Source: the human T2T-CHM13v2.0 reference genome, Homo sapiens. Taken from it: a stretch of 64,000 nt of DNA. The stretch lies in assembly GCF_009914755.1 (NCBI RefSeq), contig NC_060947.1. The stretch is one strand, 5' to 3'. A program made the translations under genes and the position numbers. Position 1 is the stretch's first letter. Every line of letters begins with the position of its first letter. A model generated the notes under the pieces. The model was not told where the DNA came from. It was given only the letters and a program-made list of their open reading frames with translations, and searched no databases. This document shows positions 42,323 to 60,760 of this stretch, in pieces.

Positions 42323-42899
42323 TTAGGGACAACTGGTGAAATCTGAATACGGATCACATATTAAATAACTGTATCACTGTTGAATTTCTCAGATATAATA
42401 AAGGCATTGAGGTTATGGAGAAATACCTGGTTCTTAGGAAATACATGCTGAACTCCTGAATGGGTGAAGCAGTCTCAAACTTACTTTCCAATGATTCATG
42501 GGAAAAAATATGTAAATGTGTGTATTTGTAGAGAGAGGGTAAGAGAATTACGCAAATGTAATACAATTTACGTGAAAGGCATACGTTTGTTGCATTATTC
42601 TATCTACTTTTCTGTAAGCATCAAATTTTTTGAAATAAAAAATAAGGGAAAAGGGATAATATTTCACTGTGGTAGAATCAAAAGATTTGATGAAACAACA
42701 ATGGAAACAAAAGAATTAAAACAGGCCGGGGGCAGTGGTTCACGCTCGTAATCCCAGCACTTCGGGAGGCCAAGGCAGGTGGATCACCTAAGGTCAGGAG
42801 TTCGAGACCAGCCTGGTCAACATGGTGAAACCCCGTCTCTACTAAAAATACAAAAGTCAGCCGGGTGTGGTGGTAGGTGCCTGTAATCCCAGCTACTCA

Positions 42900-43088
<189 letters not shown>

Positions 43089-44171
43089 TCAGTGCTTGAA
43101 TACAAGCCCCAGGCCAGTCACTGGCCACAGCAGGTCAGCTGGGGCTGGCAGGAAGGGCCAGAGTAGATGGGTGTTATTCTTCCCTCAGATCACTAAGGGA
43201 CCAACATATTTTTCTATCTTAATTTGGCTTTCCAAGTCAGCTTTCCACGCAGCAGCAAAGATTTTTCACTGCAGACTCCTAAATCAAGTTTCTAATACAA
43301 ATGAGATTTCCCACAGGCCACTGGACTCTGTCCTGTGCAAAGAGCAATCCCTCCCACCCCAGCTCTACCCCCACAATTAGTTTTTCTCAGTTTGGGTGTA
43401 ACTGTTGTTAGAAACCAAGAATTCAATTTCAGAGAAAAAAGATGACGTAAAGTAAGTTGAAGTCTATATGGTTAAATGACTTGAAAATGACCATATAAAC
43501 TCATGAGGCTCTTTTTTTGAGGTAGGGTCTTGCCCTGTCGCCCAGGCTGGCGTGCAGTGGTGCGACCTTGGCTCACTGCAACCTCTGCTTCCCGGGTTAA
43601 AGCAATCCTCCCACCTCAGCCTCCCACATCGTCTGGGACTACAGACACATGCTACCATACCTGGCTAATTTTTTTGTACTTTTAGTAGAGATGGGGATTC
43701 GCCATGTTGGCCAGGCTGGTCTCAAACTCCTGGGCTCAAGTGATCTGCCCACCTCGGCCTCCCAAAGTGCTGGGATTACAGGCGTGAGCCACCACACCCA
43801 GCTCTCATGAGGTTTTTTGTTTGTTTAAAATATATCCTAGCTCTGTCCACTAAAAAGGCCTGGAAACAATAACAAACTAGTAACAATGTACAGTTCTAGT
43901 GCCCAGATTTTGATGTCTAAATACCAGTTCCCACTAAAAGGAACCCCAGGACTACTTGGAGAAATGGCTGACTCCAGGCCTGGGGCAGGAAATACGTAAG
44001 ATGAGCCCAAGACATCTTGTGTCAGACAGCAGGAAGCTATCAAACAGACAGGTGGAAAGGAGCCAGCTTAGAGGAACTCCCACCGCCCAAAGAAGGCACA
44101 CTTGGAGCATCAAGAGAAACAATGGCTGCAATTTATTGAAATACATGTAATATATTACAACCATGAATTCA

Positions 44172-44333
<162 letters not shown>

Positions 44334-44358
44334 TCAGGAGGCTGAGGCCAGAGAATCA

Positions 44359-44613
<255 letters not shown>

Positions 44614-45714
44614 TCATCTCAAAAAAAATAAAAAAACAAAAAAAAAACGGGCTGGGCGAAATGACTCACGCCTGTTATCTCAGCACTTTGGAATCCCTAG
44701 GTGGGCAGATCACTTGAGGTCAGGAGATCGAGGCCAGCCTGGCCAACATGGTGAAACCCCATCTCTACTATAAATACAAAACAAATTAGCCAAGCATAAT
44801 GGGGCATGCCTGTAGTCCCAGCTACTTGGGAGGCAGAGGCAGGAGAATCTCTTCAACCCAGGAGACAGAGGCTGCAGTGAGCCGAGATTGCGCCACTGCA
44901 GTCCAGTGTGGGTGACTGAGCGAGACTCCATCTCAAAAACACACACACACAGAAAAAAAAAAAGAAATTTAAAAACATGATACTTTTCTAAAAAGCTAAA
45001 AAACTGGGAAAAGCATGTCATCACTAGCTAGTGAACCAACTCCTTATTCTGAAAACATGTAAATAAAAGACAAGAATGAAGCATTGATCCTAACTCCATT
45101 TCAAACCCAATCGCCCTAGTTGTTAAGGGAAAGCTCTTCTTTACAGAATTCCAGCTAACAAACGTAGAAGGAATGACAAAATTTGAGAATTACTCTAAAC
45201 TGCCTAATGATACTAATTAAAGCAATGATCAGCAGTGGACATTGAAAGCACTGGAAAAAGACTGATGGGAAACTCAGCTATTTGCAGGATGACAAAGTAC
45301 ACCCCTGTAGATTGTTGCTGATCAGAAGAGGAAAAACTGAACTTCACAAAGGAGAGATTAGGCTGTAACTGCTTGAACCCACACACTAATCTTAGCATCA
45401 CTGTGAGTGGGACAACCTGTACCTCCTGATACGATGCAATATGAAATACGAGATATACAACATCATCTATGTAGTACTCTCACCAAATATGCTCAACCTA
45501 AATCTAATACAAGGCTTTAGATCTAACTTCAGTTTAGAGAAATTACTAGGGATAGAGAAACAAGATCAAAAAACAAACAAACAAACCACCATGAGAAAGC
45601 AATAGAACAAATCCAGAAAGTGGGACACTATTTAGAACAAATGATCCAGCCTCTCAACGAGTGAATAAGAAACAATAGGGGAAGACACAACTGTTCTGGA
45701 TTAAAACAGATTTA

Positions 45715-46058
<344 letters not shown>

Positions 46059-46195
46059 CTACATTACTATTGTCATGCCTAACAAAAAATTACATTTGAT
46101 TTTTATGTCTGTAAGTCTGTTTTTTTTTGATAACAGCTTTATTAAGGTATAATTCGCATACCACACAATTCACCCATTGAAAGTGTACAATTTAA

Positions 46196-46552
<357 letters not shown>

Positions 46553-46747
46553 TAAAAGATGCCCGAAGTATTTAAGAGTGAAATGTCATGTCTGGGATTT
46601 GCCTTAAAATAAAAATGGCCAAGAAATTGCAATTAAAACTGTTACGTCCAAGTGATAGGTATATGGACATTCATTATAGTTTTCTCTCCAGTCTTATGTA
46701 TCTTTGAAATTCTTCAAAATAAAGAATTATGAAAAAATAGCAATTAC

Positions 46748-46821
46748 CCTTTATTTTCAGAATCACGAGCCACCATTACAAATGTTGCATCCAAAACAGG
46801 ACAAAATTCATCACCATGTAA
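46748..46821 (-). CDS. ACOT9: ACOT9 coding exon
   Basis: cttcag| ... |gtaatt; LHGDEFCPVLDATFVMVARDSENK(G); 74 nt. Confidence 0.94.
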
Positions 46822-47992
46822 CTGAAGAACAAAGGAAAGAAAATGTACATATGAGAAATGGATTTATCGGGAAGACCTACCACGATTCTAACAGACGGTA
46901 TGTATGCTGGCCAGGTGCAGTCGCTCACGCCTATAATCCCAGCACTTTGAGAGGCCAAGGTGGGAGGATCACTTGAGGCCAGGAGTTTGAGACCAGCCTG
47001 GCCAATATGGCAAAACCCTGTCTCTACTAAATAATACAAAAATTAGCAGGGTGTGGTGGCGCATGCCTCTAACCTCAGCTACTCAGTAGACTGAGGCATG
47101 AGAATTGCTTGAACCCAGGAGGCCAAGGTTGCAGTGAGCCGAGATTGCAGGCCCCTGTCTAAAAAAAAAAAAAGAAAAAAAAAAAAGAGAGAGAGAGAGA
47201 GAGAAAGCCTGCAACTGGAAAAAGAAGAGAAGCACTCTCATTAACCACCGTCTGCTAAGGGCCTACCCTGAGCCAGGCACAGCACTAGGCTCTCAGAATG
47301 GCAGGATGACAAAGGAGCCCGTGGCCTAGCAGAGGAGAAAAATACCTCAAAGTCCAATCGGGGGCTGGGCATGGTACCTCATGCCTATAATCCCAGCATT
47401 TTGAGAGGCCTAGATGAGAGGATTGCCTGAGACCAGGAAAGCGAGATCAGCCTAGGCAACATAGCGAGACCTGGTCTCTAACTACAAATAAAAATTAAAA
47501 AATTAGCCAGGCATGGTGGTGCATGCCTGTAGTACCAGCTAGTGGGAAGCTGAGGCAGGAGGATCCCTTGAGCCCAGGAGTTCAAGGATGCACTGAGCTA
47601 TGATCACGACCCTGCACTGTAGCCTGGATGACAGAAAACATCCCATCTCCAAAACAAAACAAACAAAACGCAAATAGTATACTGCATGAGATGGGCTGCT
47701 GGCATGGAGTTTGGAACTGTGCAAGACTGGGACCCAAAGGCAAGGGTCACAGAGAGTATCATCAGCGTTTAATTTGCCTGCTTTCCTCAGAATCTGAGCT
47801 TCTTGCAGGGCGTGCCTGTCCTCCTGATGGCACACCTACCCAGACGGACCTCCCATCATGCTCACAAACACTAGTATGTTTCAGGGAACTGTAGTGTGCC
47901 AACCACTAGCACAGTTTATGCCTTCATAGCTGGGCACAGGAGCTCCCAAGAAGAGGTAAAATCAAAGATGATTATGTGGGTTAAGTTAAATA

Positions 47993-48199
47993 CAGGTTGA
48001 GCATCTCTAATCCAAAAATAAAAAATACTCCAAAATCCAAAACTTTTCAAGCACTGACATGACACTCAAGGAAATGCTCATTGGAGCATTTCAAGATTTT
48101 GAACTCTGGGATTAGGAATGCTCAACCAGTAAATATAAATATTCTGAAATCAGAAACACTTCTGGTCCCAGGCATTTCAGGTAAGGAATACTCAACCTG
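47993..48199 (+). mobile_element. Tigger4/MER46-like MITE
   Basis: TA-CAGGTTGAG ... CTCAACCTG-TA; same body as 10879-11093. Confidence 0.8.
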
Positions 48200-48231
48200 T
48201 ATTTACAATGCATAGGCCTCTGAGGTTTTAA

Positions 48232-48369
<138 letters not shown>

Positions 48370-49065
48370 TGACACCATAGGCATGCACCACCACACCCAG
48401 CTAATTTTTGTAGAGATGGGGTTTTCCATGTTACCCAGGCTGGTCTTGACCTCCTGAGCTCAAGGAATCTACCAGCCTCAGCCTCCCAAAATGCTGGGAT
48501 TACAGGCATGAGCCACCATGCCTGGGCCTTAAGATGTTTCTTTATCCCCTAGAAGTCTGTACTTCCAGGAAAGTCATACCATAAAGTAATGACAGAAGTT
48601 ATTTATAACCTGAGAGTATATTGGGTTCCCTCCTCAATAAATGATACAAGCCTCATCACTACTGCCCTCCCCCTCAATTGCAGGAACAGTCTCACCAATC
48701 TCATTATGCCTCTGCCCTATTCAAACCTTTCAATAGTTCCTCCTTTCTTCCACCAGCACCTGGGCTAATCCTGTTAGCGTGGCATATAAAGCCCTCCACA
48801 ACAGAGCCCACGATTGCTCCCCAGTTGTTCACCAAATACTGTGCTCATACCTGCACCTTTTTCTCTAGCCATAGCTAACTAACAACTGAGAGGTCCTGGG
48901 ATAGAACAGGCTGTTGACTGCCTCCTGTCTATATCTTTACCTGATGCCTTCCTCAGCAGCCTCATTCTTCACGACATTCCTCCCCTCCCCCATCCCTATT
49001 CCCCAGACCAAGTTTATCTTTGCCTCCTTCATTCAGCCCCCTTAATAGAAACAGTCCTCTCTTGA

Positions 49066-49277
49066 CAGTGGTTCTCAATGTAAGAGAAGTAGATGTCACT
49101 CTAATAGGCGGGCATTTGAAAAATACAGAGTGGTTTTTGTTGTCACATAACTTGGGGGGCATTACTATGGAGGGGGGTAACCAAGGAGCTAAATCCCTCA
49201 CAATGCAGGGGATAGACCTGCAGAACAATGAATGCTCCCACCAGAAATGCCAACAGTGTCCCTGTTGAAAAATACTG
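49066..49277. mobile_element. MER20-like hAT element within L2 remnants (~48650-49570)
   Basis: CAGTGGTTCTCAA ... TTGAAAAATACTG ends; flanking L2 3'-end motif CACTCAATAAATGATTGCTAAATGAATG. Confidence 0.6.
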
Positions 49278-49884
49278 CATAACGATATACTATATCATAA
49301 CCATTTGTTTATGTGACTGTCTCCCTACTGCACCGTGAGCTCCTGTAGGACAAAGACCATTTTCCCCCAGTTATATCCCTAGTATTTAGCACAAAGACCA
49401 GCAAATAGCAGATACCTGATCAATATTTGCCAATGAATGAAGGAGGCAGGTTCTAGGCACTACTAGAATGTCAACTCCAAGAGAATGGAACTTTATCTGT
49501 TTTGCTCACTGCTGTATGCCTGGCACAGGACAGGCACTCAATAAATGATTGCTAAATGAATGTTAAATGAATGGATGTCAGGAAGTGAGCTAGGTGACTC
49601 AAACCCAGGTCCTATCGTTGAGGAGTAGAGTCCGCAGTGGAAGAGAAAAGACATATTCATGCACAGCTCTGTAGGAGACTAGCAGGTGCCAGGAGAGCAA
49701 GTCAAAGAGACGGTATTGAGGGAGGAGGCCTGAGGAACAGGTGTTACATGCTGGGAGAATAAGGAAAGGATTGAGCATGAAGTTATCCTGGAGCACAGGG
49801 AGAAAGAATGTGGATACAGAGCCAGAGCACGAGAATTTCAGGCAAAAGAAAAAGCATCAGCAATTATACTCATTCACTCACTCC

Positions 49885-50098
49885 CAGTTGAATATCCCTT
49901 ATCCAAAATGCTTGGGACCAGAAGTGTTCTGTATTCCAGACTATTTTGGATTTTCGATTTTTGGATTTGGAATGTTTGCATTCAATACTTACAGGTTGAA
50001 CATTCCAAACCCAATGAGCATTTCCTTTGGGCATCATGTCAGTGCTCAAAGTCAGATTTTGGAGCATTTCAGATTTCAGAGTTGCAATGCTCAACCTA
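49885..50098 (-). mobile_element. Tigger4/MER46-like MITE (opposite orientation)
   Basis: TATCCCTTATCCAAAATGCTTGGGACCAGAAGTGT ... GCTCAACCTA. Confidence 0.75.
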
Positions 50099-50219
50099 TG
50101 TAAGTTATGGTTTACTATCATGAATACCCACTAGTGCCAAGCACTAGAACGCAAACATGAATAACTCCCTATTCTTACGATGCTTGAAGGCCAGTGGTGA
50201 GCATTAAGAAGGTATATAA

Positions 50220-50462
<243 letters not shown>

Positions 50463-51396
50463 TAATTTTTTGTACTTTTTTTTTTGAGACCGAGTCTCAC
50501 TCTGTCACCGAGGCTGGGGTGCAGTGGCGCTATCTCGGCTCACTGAAAACTCCACCTCCCAGGTTCAAGCGATTCTTCTGCCTCAGCCTCCGCAGTAGCT
50601 GGGACTACGGGCACGTGGCACCACCCCCAGCTAATTTTTGTATTTTTAGTAGAGATGGGATATTTCACCATATTGGCCAGGCTGGTCTCAAACTCCTGAA
50701 CTCATGATTCGCCTGCCTCGGCCTCCCAAAGTGTTGGGATTACAGACATGGCCACCACGCCCAGCCAGTTTTTTGTACTTTTTGTAGAGACGGGGTTTCA
50801 CCATGTTGCTCAGGCTGGTCTTGAACTCCTGAGCTCAGGAGATCCACCTGCCTCGGCCTCCCAAAGTCCTGAGATTGGAGCCGTGAGCCACTGCACCTGG
50901 GCTAGTCAAAGGAGTTTAGACTTTAATCCAGAGATAATGAATGGTCACTGAAGGTTTCTGAGAAGGGAAGTGACCTGATTCAAGATCAGCTTTGGAAGAC
51001 TTATGTGGTAAAAATGCATAAAATTAAAAGAGAGAGGTCCGGCTAGAGAAAGTCAGGTTAATTAAAAGACGGTTAAGGCACTCACACAAGAGGCAGTGAG
51101 GACTTGAATAAAACACAGGGCCAAAAGGATATGGGGAGAAAGAATTCTGGTGAGTTGCTGTGGGTGATGAATTTGCAAGACCTGGCAAAAGGCTGCATGG
51201 GAAAGGAAGCAGGAGGCTGGCAAAGGGAAGACTGGAGGAGGATGAGAATTGGGGCCAATCAGTTTGGAACATACTGTTTATTGGAACTTGAGGTAGCAAC
51301 AGCACGTCTAGGTGGAGAAATATAAGGAGCACTCAGGAAAGTGGGTATGAAGGTCAAGCCCAAAATAGAAATTTGAGGCCACCTCAACAGTATTTA

Positions 51397-51820
<424 letters not shown>

Positions 51821-52300
51821 TTACTATTTTCATGTTACATTTGAGAACACAGAGGCTCAGACAAGTGGTTTATCCACAGCCACATGACTAGGAAGCAGCA
51901 GTGCTGGGATTAGAACCTAAATCTATGCAAACCAGAGGCAGAGTGCTTATCCCCACACCACTTCTCTGGAATAAAAAGGATCACTCGAGTCATGAGTTAT
52001 TAGTCAAATAGCCAGTGAAGAATGCAAATTTAAAACAAAAGTGTTTACTTGTCTGACACTGAGTTCCACTGGTTCTCTCTCAATAATTCCTGTATCTCTT
52101 TTTCAACCTATTTGTCCAAGAGGCAAATTGTCAAGATTCCCTAAAAGGCAGGTCCTGTGCCAGGAATCTGCTGTGCATGGCACTGAGCAGACTAGGAATT
52201 AACCAAGAATATTTTTTAAAAGACTGTAGGCAGAACAGGCCGGGCACGGTGGCTCACGCCTGTAATCCCAGCACTTTGGGAGGCCGAGGCAGGCGGATCA

Positions 52301-52878
<578 letters not shown>

Positions 52879-53109
52879 TCAAACAAACAAAATAAAACAG
52901 TATTACTGTCAGTTACATCAAACATAGGAATTGAAAGATTCAATCACTTGCATATAGTACTGAATAAAAAAAATACTTATTTTGACAAATAACTACTACA
53001 GAGCTAGCTTCAGGCTTTTTCTGAAAGTGTGAAAGTTTATTTCACCAAAAGGTGAAATGCTTCATCATTCCATAGCAGGAAAAAATGCATCTGAATAATA
53101 GGTCTACTG

Positions 53110-53419
53110 CAGTGGCCCCCAACCTTTTTTGCACCAGGGACCAGTTTTGTGGAATACAATTTTTCCACGGAATGGGGTGGGCTGGGGGGGATGGTTTTGG
53201 GATGAAACTGCTCCGCCTCAGATCATCGGGCACTAGATTCTCCTAAGGAGTGTGCAACCTAGATCCCTCACATGCGCAGCTCACGATAGGGTTCGTGCTC
53301 CTATGAGAATCTAATGCCGCTGCTGATCTGACAGGAGGCGGAGCTCAGGTGGTAATTCTCTCTTGCCCACAGCTCACCTCCTGCTATGTAGCCCATGGCC
53401 CGGGGGTTGGGGACCCCTG
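53110..53419. mobile_element. MER1B-like hAT-Charlie MITE
   Basis: TIRs CAGTGGCCCCCAACC / GGTTGGGGACCCCTG; 8-bp TSD GTCTACTG / GTCTACTC. Confidence 0.85.
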
Positions 53420-53928
53420 GTCTACTCAATACCCTGGCATAAATGAATAAGTCATTTTTTTTTTTTTTGAGACGGAGTCTCGCTCTGTCGCCCAGGCTGG
53501 AGAGCAGTGGTGTGATCTCGGCTCACTGCAAGCTCCGCCTCCTGGGTTCACGCCATTCTCCTGCCTCAGCCTCCCATAGCTGGGATTACAGGCACCCGCC
53601 ACCACGCCCGGCTAATTTTTTTATTTTTAGTAGAGACAGGGTTTCACCGTGTTAGCCAGGATGGTCTCGATCTCCTGACCTGGTGATCTGCCCGCCTTGG
53701 CCTCCCAAAGTGCTGGGATTACAGGCGTGAGCCACCGCGCCCAGCCAGTCATTCTTAAATAAGTTTTCCACAATGAAATCTTGGACATACACTGAATCAT
53801 TTTATTTCTGTGTTGTTATCCTCTTTGAGGTACTTTTTCTTGTCAAATTTCTTCAATTGTTTGTAATAGCTATTCTGAGTTTTACTCATCAGATGAGCTG
53901 TTCCTAACTACTGTAATAGCTCAAATGA

Positions 53929-54368
53929 CTGTTAAGGGCCCAACTGTGTCCCCCAAAAAGACATGTGGAAATCCTAACCCCCATAACTGTGAACGTGACT
54001 GTATTTGGAAATAGAGTCGTTGCAGACATAATTAGTTAAGATGAGGTCATGCCGGAGTAGCGTGGGCCCTTAATCCAGTATGATTAGCAGCATCCTGACA
54101 AGAGACACCAGAGAGACAGAGACACATGAGAGAACACCATGTGATGACGGAGGCAGAGACTGAATGAAGTGCTACAGCTGGAAGCCAAGGAACGCTAGGG
54201 ATTGCCAGCAAACCACCAGAAGCAAGAAACAGACAAGGAAGGCTTCTCTCTTACAGGTTTTAGAGGGAACATGCCTCTGCTGACACCTTGATTTTGGATT
54301 TGTAGCCTCCAAACTGTGAGTCAATACATTTTCTGTTTTTATGCCACCAGTTTATGGTACTTTGTGGT
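53929..54368 (+). mobile_element. MLT1 (MaLR) solo LTR
   Basis: TGTGTCCCCCAAAA ... TATTTGGAAATAG ... TTAAGATGAGGTCAT ... CTGCTGACACCTTGATTTTGGA ... GCCACCAGTTTATGGTACTTTGT. Confidence 0.85.
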
Positions 54369-54369
54369 A

Positions 54370-55152
54370 CCGCTGCCCCTTGGAATCCACGCAGGATTGG
54401 TTCCAGAACTCCCTACCACCACCCGCCAATACCAAAATCCACAGATGCTCAACTCCCCTATATAAAATGGGGTCATATTTACATAAAACCTATGCACCTC
54501 CTCCTGTGTACTTTAAATTATCTCTGGATTACTTATAATACCTAATACAATATAAATGCCATATAAATAGTTGTTTTAAGGCCAGCCATGCCTGTAATCC
54601 CAGCATTTGGGGAGGCTAAGGTGGGAGGACCACATGAGGCCAGAAGTTCAAGACCAGCCTGGGCAACATGGTGAAACTCCATATCCATTTCTCTATTTTT
54701 ATTTATTTATTTATTTATTTTTTGAGACGAGTCTCACTCTGTTGCCCAGGCTGGAGTGCAGTGGCGCAATCTCGGCTCACTGCAACCTCCACCTCCTGGG
54801 TTCAAGCGGTTCCCAACCCTCAGCCTCCTAAGTAGCTGAGATTACAGGCGTGCACCACCAAGCCTGGCTAATTTTTGTATTTTTTAAATAGAGACAGGGT
54901 TTCACCATATTGGCCAGGCTGGTCTCAAACTCCTGGCCTCAAGTGATCTGCCCACCTCAGCCTCCCAACGTGGTGGGATTACAGGTGTGAGCCACTGCAC
55001 CCAGCCCCATCTCTATTTTTTTAAAAAAATGGTTGTTATACTGTATTGTGTTTTATTTATATTATTTTTCACTGTTTTTTTTCCAAACATTTTCAATCCA
55101 TGGTTGGTTGAATCTGTGGATGTGAAATCTACAGACACAGAGGGCCAACTGT
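54370..55152. mobile_element. MER2-like Tigger element interrupted by Alu sequences (54580-55010)
   Basis: GGATTGGTTCCAG ... CTTTAAATTATCTCTGGATTACTTATAATACCTAATACAAT ... GGTTGGTTGAATCTGTGGATG ... GAGGGCCAACTGTA. Confidence 0.75.
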
Positions 55153-55495
55153 ACAGCAGTCCTGGGAAATGAATACAGTAATCAATTCCATTCACTCCTA
55201 CCATAACACAGACTTCTGTGAAATTCTCCTAGGCAGAACCAGAAACAAACACCTTAACATGGACTTGTATATGATTAGAAATAAATATTAAATATAAACA
55301 CCAAATAGTACGTCAGGCTTTGTCCACAAGGAGGATATTAATAACCCACCATCCGTATGACATGAGCTTTCAACTGTTTTTCTAGAAGCAGTGAGCAACA
55401 TACCTGTCTACAGATACATAGGTAAATAAGCTTTTCTTGCATGGAGACTAGCTGGTTTTACTTAAACAGTGGACAATCTTCAGGCGCATATTTAC

Positions 55496-55599
55496 CTGGA
55501 ACATTTGCATCTTCACTTCCATGGATGTCTTCCCGACCCAGCTAACATGGCCACTGAACTTAATGTCCTGTTCTGGGCTCAAGCTCTTCTTACACATAT
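55496..55599 (-). CDS. ACOT9: ACOT9 coding exon
   Basis: ttttgcag| ... |gtaaat; (D)MCKKSLSPEQDIKFSGHVSWVGKTSMEVKMQMFQ; 104 nt. Confidence 0.95.
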
Positions 55600-55901
55600 C
55601 TGCAAAACAGAAGTCAATCAGGGTCCAAGTCATACCAAAAATTTTCTGTTCTGTAAATATGAACAATTAGAAATTATGGCAAATTCCACTACATTTCTTT
55701 TTTGTCTTCAAAACTAAAATAACTTTTTTGACACGCAGAAGAAATCTACATGTGTTTTTGAAAAATGTAGAAAAAGCAAAGAATATAAAAAATAAAACTG
55801 GAATCATGCAAAACCCACCTAATTATAATAAATATCTTGGTATACAGCATTCTAGACATTTTCATATGCATATATACATTAAAATTCCCCATAAAGGGCT
55901 A

Positions 55902-56177
<276 letters not shown>

Positions 56178-56286
56178 TCAAAAAAAAAAAAAAAATTCCC
56201 ATAAAAGGAGAGTACGTCCTGTAATCTCAATAATATCTTGAAATTACTAAGAATTCTAAGTATGCATAGAAAATGATATCACTTAC

Positions 56287-56370
56287 CAATCTTATCCACC
56301 AGGGCTGTAACTATCGATAAAGGAGACATCTTGGCGGAGTGGATTTTGTTGTGCATGTAACAAATAAGAA
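56287..56370 (-). CDS. ACOT9: ACOT9 coding exon (most 5' exon visible; gene continues beyond window)
   Basis: ccctgcag| ... |gtaagt; LICYMHNKIHSAKMSPLSIVTALVDKI; 84 nt. Confidence 0.94.
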
Positions 56371-57109
56371 CTGCAGGGAAACAGGAGTGTACCAAATTTT
56401 AAAAAGGCAGAATTATTTCCCAACATTTAAAATTTCCTCCCTGAGATCCATGAAAAGCCTTGTCTCGCTTGGAAGATCCAGCCCCTAATATTCCATTGAT
56501 CATCTTATCCTAGGATCAAACACTTTTATAAATTGAAGGATTTGGGAGATCCTCCAATCTGACTGCCCCCTCAATTTTAAGATTTGGTGAAGAAATCAAA
56601 GCCCGAAGCAAGCCCAGACCCACCAGACAGCTTGTTACCACTCCACAGAGACTCAGTGCCCAAATCAGAGTAAGAACTCAGCACATGAGTCTGACAGTAT
56701 CAAACATCTTCAGGAAAGAGAAACAAAGCACAAGGACTTGGCTACCTGTTTTCCTCCTGGCTTTGTCCTAATTAATCATGAAACAATTATTTCACTCAGT
56801 TATCCCTCCTTCCCCATAACACCCTTGACTCCTATACCACCCTGTGGTTATCTGTATACTTTCCATATTTTAACAAGCATTTATATGTGCCATGCATGGT
56901 TCATGCACCTTACAGATATCAACTCATTTAAAGTCGTATAATTATACGTTGGGCCGGGCGCGGCGGCTCAGCCTGTAATCCCAGCACTTTGGGAGGCCAA
57001 GGCAGGCGGATCACGAGGTCGAGAGATCGAGACCATCCTGGCTGACATGGTGAAACCCCATGTCTACTAAAAATACAAAAATTAGCCGGGCGTGGTGGCG
57101 TCCCAGTTA

Positions 57110-57296
<187 letters not shown>

Positions 57297-58768
57297 TCAC
57301 AAACTCTCAGACAAGATATGTGGCTCAATAAATACTTGTTGAGTAAGTGTAAATCCTTCCATCTATGCACCTGCTAAAGGACGCACTGGGGGAATGATAG
57401 GCTAAAGGCAATAAACTCCATTTAAAAGTCTTTGTCCAGCAAAGAAATCAGATGGCTCCAACCTATGGCAACAGGAGTAGAAATGAAAAGACTATGAGTT
57501 AAGAAGAAGGTAAACCTGAGAAGACTTGAATAAATTCAGTTTTCTAGCTTGCATAGGTAAGCGTGGTGTACTAGTCACTGAAAAAGAGAAGAGAGACTGG
57601 GCACAGTGGCTCATGCCTGTAATCCCAACACTTTTAGAGGCCAAGGCAGGAAGATCACTTGAGCCTAGGAGTTCAAGACCAGCCCAGGCAACACAGCAGA
57701 GACTCCATCTCTACCAAAAACACAAAAGTTAGCCAGGTGTGGTGGCACATGCCTGTAGTCCCAGCTACTCGGGAGATAGGTAGGAGGATTGCTTGAGCCC
57801 AGGAGGTCAAGACTGTAGTTAGCCATGATCATGCCGCTACACTCCAGCCTGAACAACAGAGTAAGACTCTGTCTCAAAATAAAAAGAGAATATAGGAAGA
57901 AAAGAATGGGCCATTTTCAATGCGTTGAATTTGAAGAGCCTATGGCACATCCAAATGAAGGTATTGGGGAGGGCACAGTTGTTCACACCTGTAATCCTAG
58001 GGCTTTGCAAGGCCATAGCAGGAGGATCACGTGAGCCCAGAGCTTGAGACTAGCCTGGGCAACAGAGTGAGACCCCTGTCTCTACAAAAAACTTTAAAAA
58101 TTAGGCCAGGCATGGTGGATCAAGCCTGTAATCCCAGCACTTTGGAAGACAGAGGCAGATGGATCACTTGAGCCCAGGAGTTCCAGACCAGCCCAGGCAA
58201 CATGGTGAGATCCCGTCTCTACAGTAAAATACAAAAATTAGCCAGGCATGGTGGCGTGTGCCTGTGGTCCCAGCTACTTGAGAGGCTAAGATGGGAGGAT
58301 GCTTGAGCCCGAGATGTCGAGGATACAGTGAGTGGTGATCGCACCACTGGACTCCACCCTGGGTGACAGAGCAAGACCCTATTCCAAAAAAACAAAACAA
58401 ATTAGCCAGGCATGGTGCAGTGTGCCTATAGTCCCAGCTACTCAGGAGGCTGAGGCAGAAGGAACACTTGAGCCCACAAGTTTAAGGTTGCAGTAGGCTA
58501 TGATTTTACCACTGCACTACAGCCCGGGCAACAGAGTGAGACTGTCTCTAAAAAAGAAAAATAAATCTAGTAGCTAAGAGGAAAAATTGATTGAAACTCA
58601 GAAAAGCAGGCCAGAAAATGTAGCTTTGTAAGTATTCAGCATACTGATAGCAACTGAAACACTGGGAGTAGATGAGTTTATAGAGAATCTGCAACGTCAA
58701 CCCAAAAAAGGGCAGAAGGGAAGGGTAGAGAAGAGACGGAGGAAAATGTAATATAAATGTAGTTTTTA

Positions 58769-59128
<360 letters not shown>

Positions 59129-59137
59129 TTAACCTCA

Positions 59138-59323
<186 letters not shown>

Positions 59324-59594
59324 TCAGGAGGCTAAGGCAGGAGGACTGCTTGAGCCAGGAGGTCAAGACTACAGTTAGCTGTGATCACGCCACTGCACTC
59401 CAGCCTGGGTGACAGAGTGAGACCCTGTCTCAAAAACTAAATAAATAATTTTAAAAGATTTAACAATTTTATTGTTAAATTTTAAAATGCCTTAAAATTT
59501 AATTAATATGAACAAATTATAAAATTCAAAAGGCCGGGCGCAGTGGCTCACGTCTGTAATCCCAGCACTTTGGGAGGCTGAGGCGAGTGGATCA

Positions 59595-59850
<256 letters not shown>

Positions 59851-60232
59851 TTAAAAAAATAATCAGTTTTTGAAAGGGCAGAAGACAAAACCCTGGGGAT
59901 AACCTACATTTAAGGGATCAACAGAAAAAGAGGAACCTACAAAGGGGACTACAAAAGAGCAGCCAGAGAAGCAGAAGGAAATGTCACCAAAGCCCAAGGA
60001 TGGGCTGGACGATATAAGAAGCCACAAAGGGGTCAGGTCAGCCCTGAAAAGTATCCATTCAACTGTGCAGTAAAGGGGCCAATGGCGAGCTTGGCAAGAG
60101 CAGATTCAATGGCGTGGAGGAGCAGAAGCCGGAACACAGCTGACCGGGAAATATTTAATTAACAGGAAGTTAGCATAAAGAGGCAATGAGAGCAGGTGAT
60201 TTTCTAGGTTCTTTTCAGAAAGTGAGCTATGA

Positions 60233-60760
<528 letters not shown>

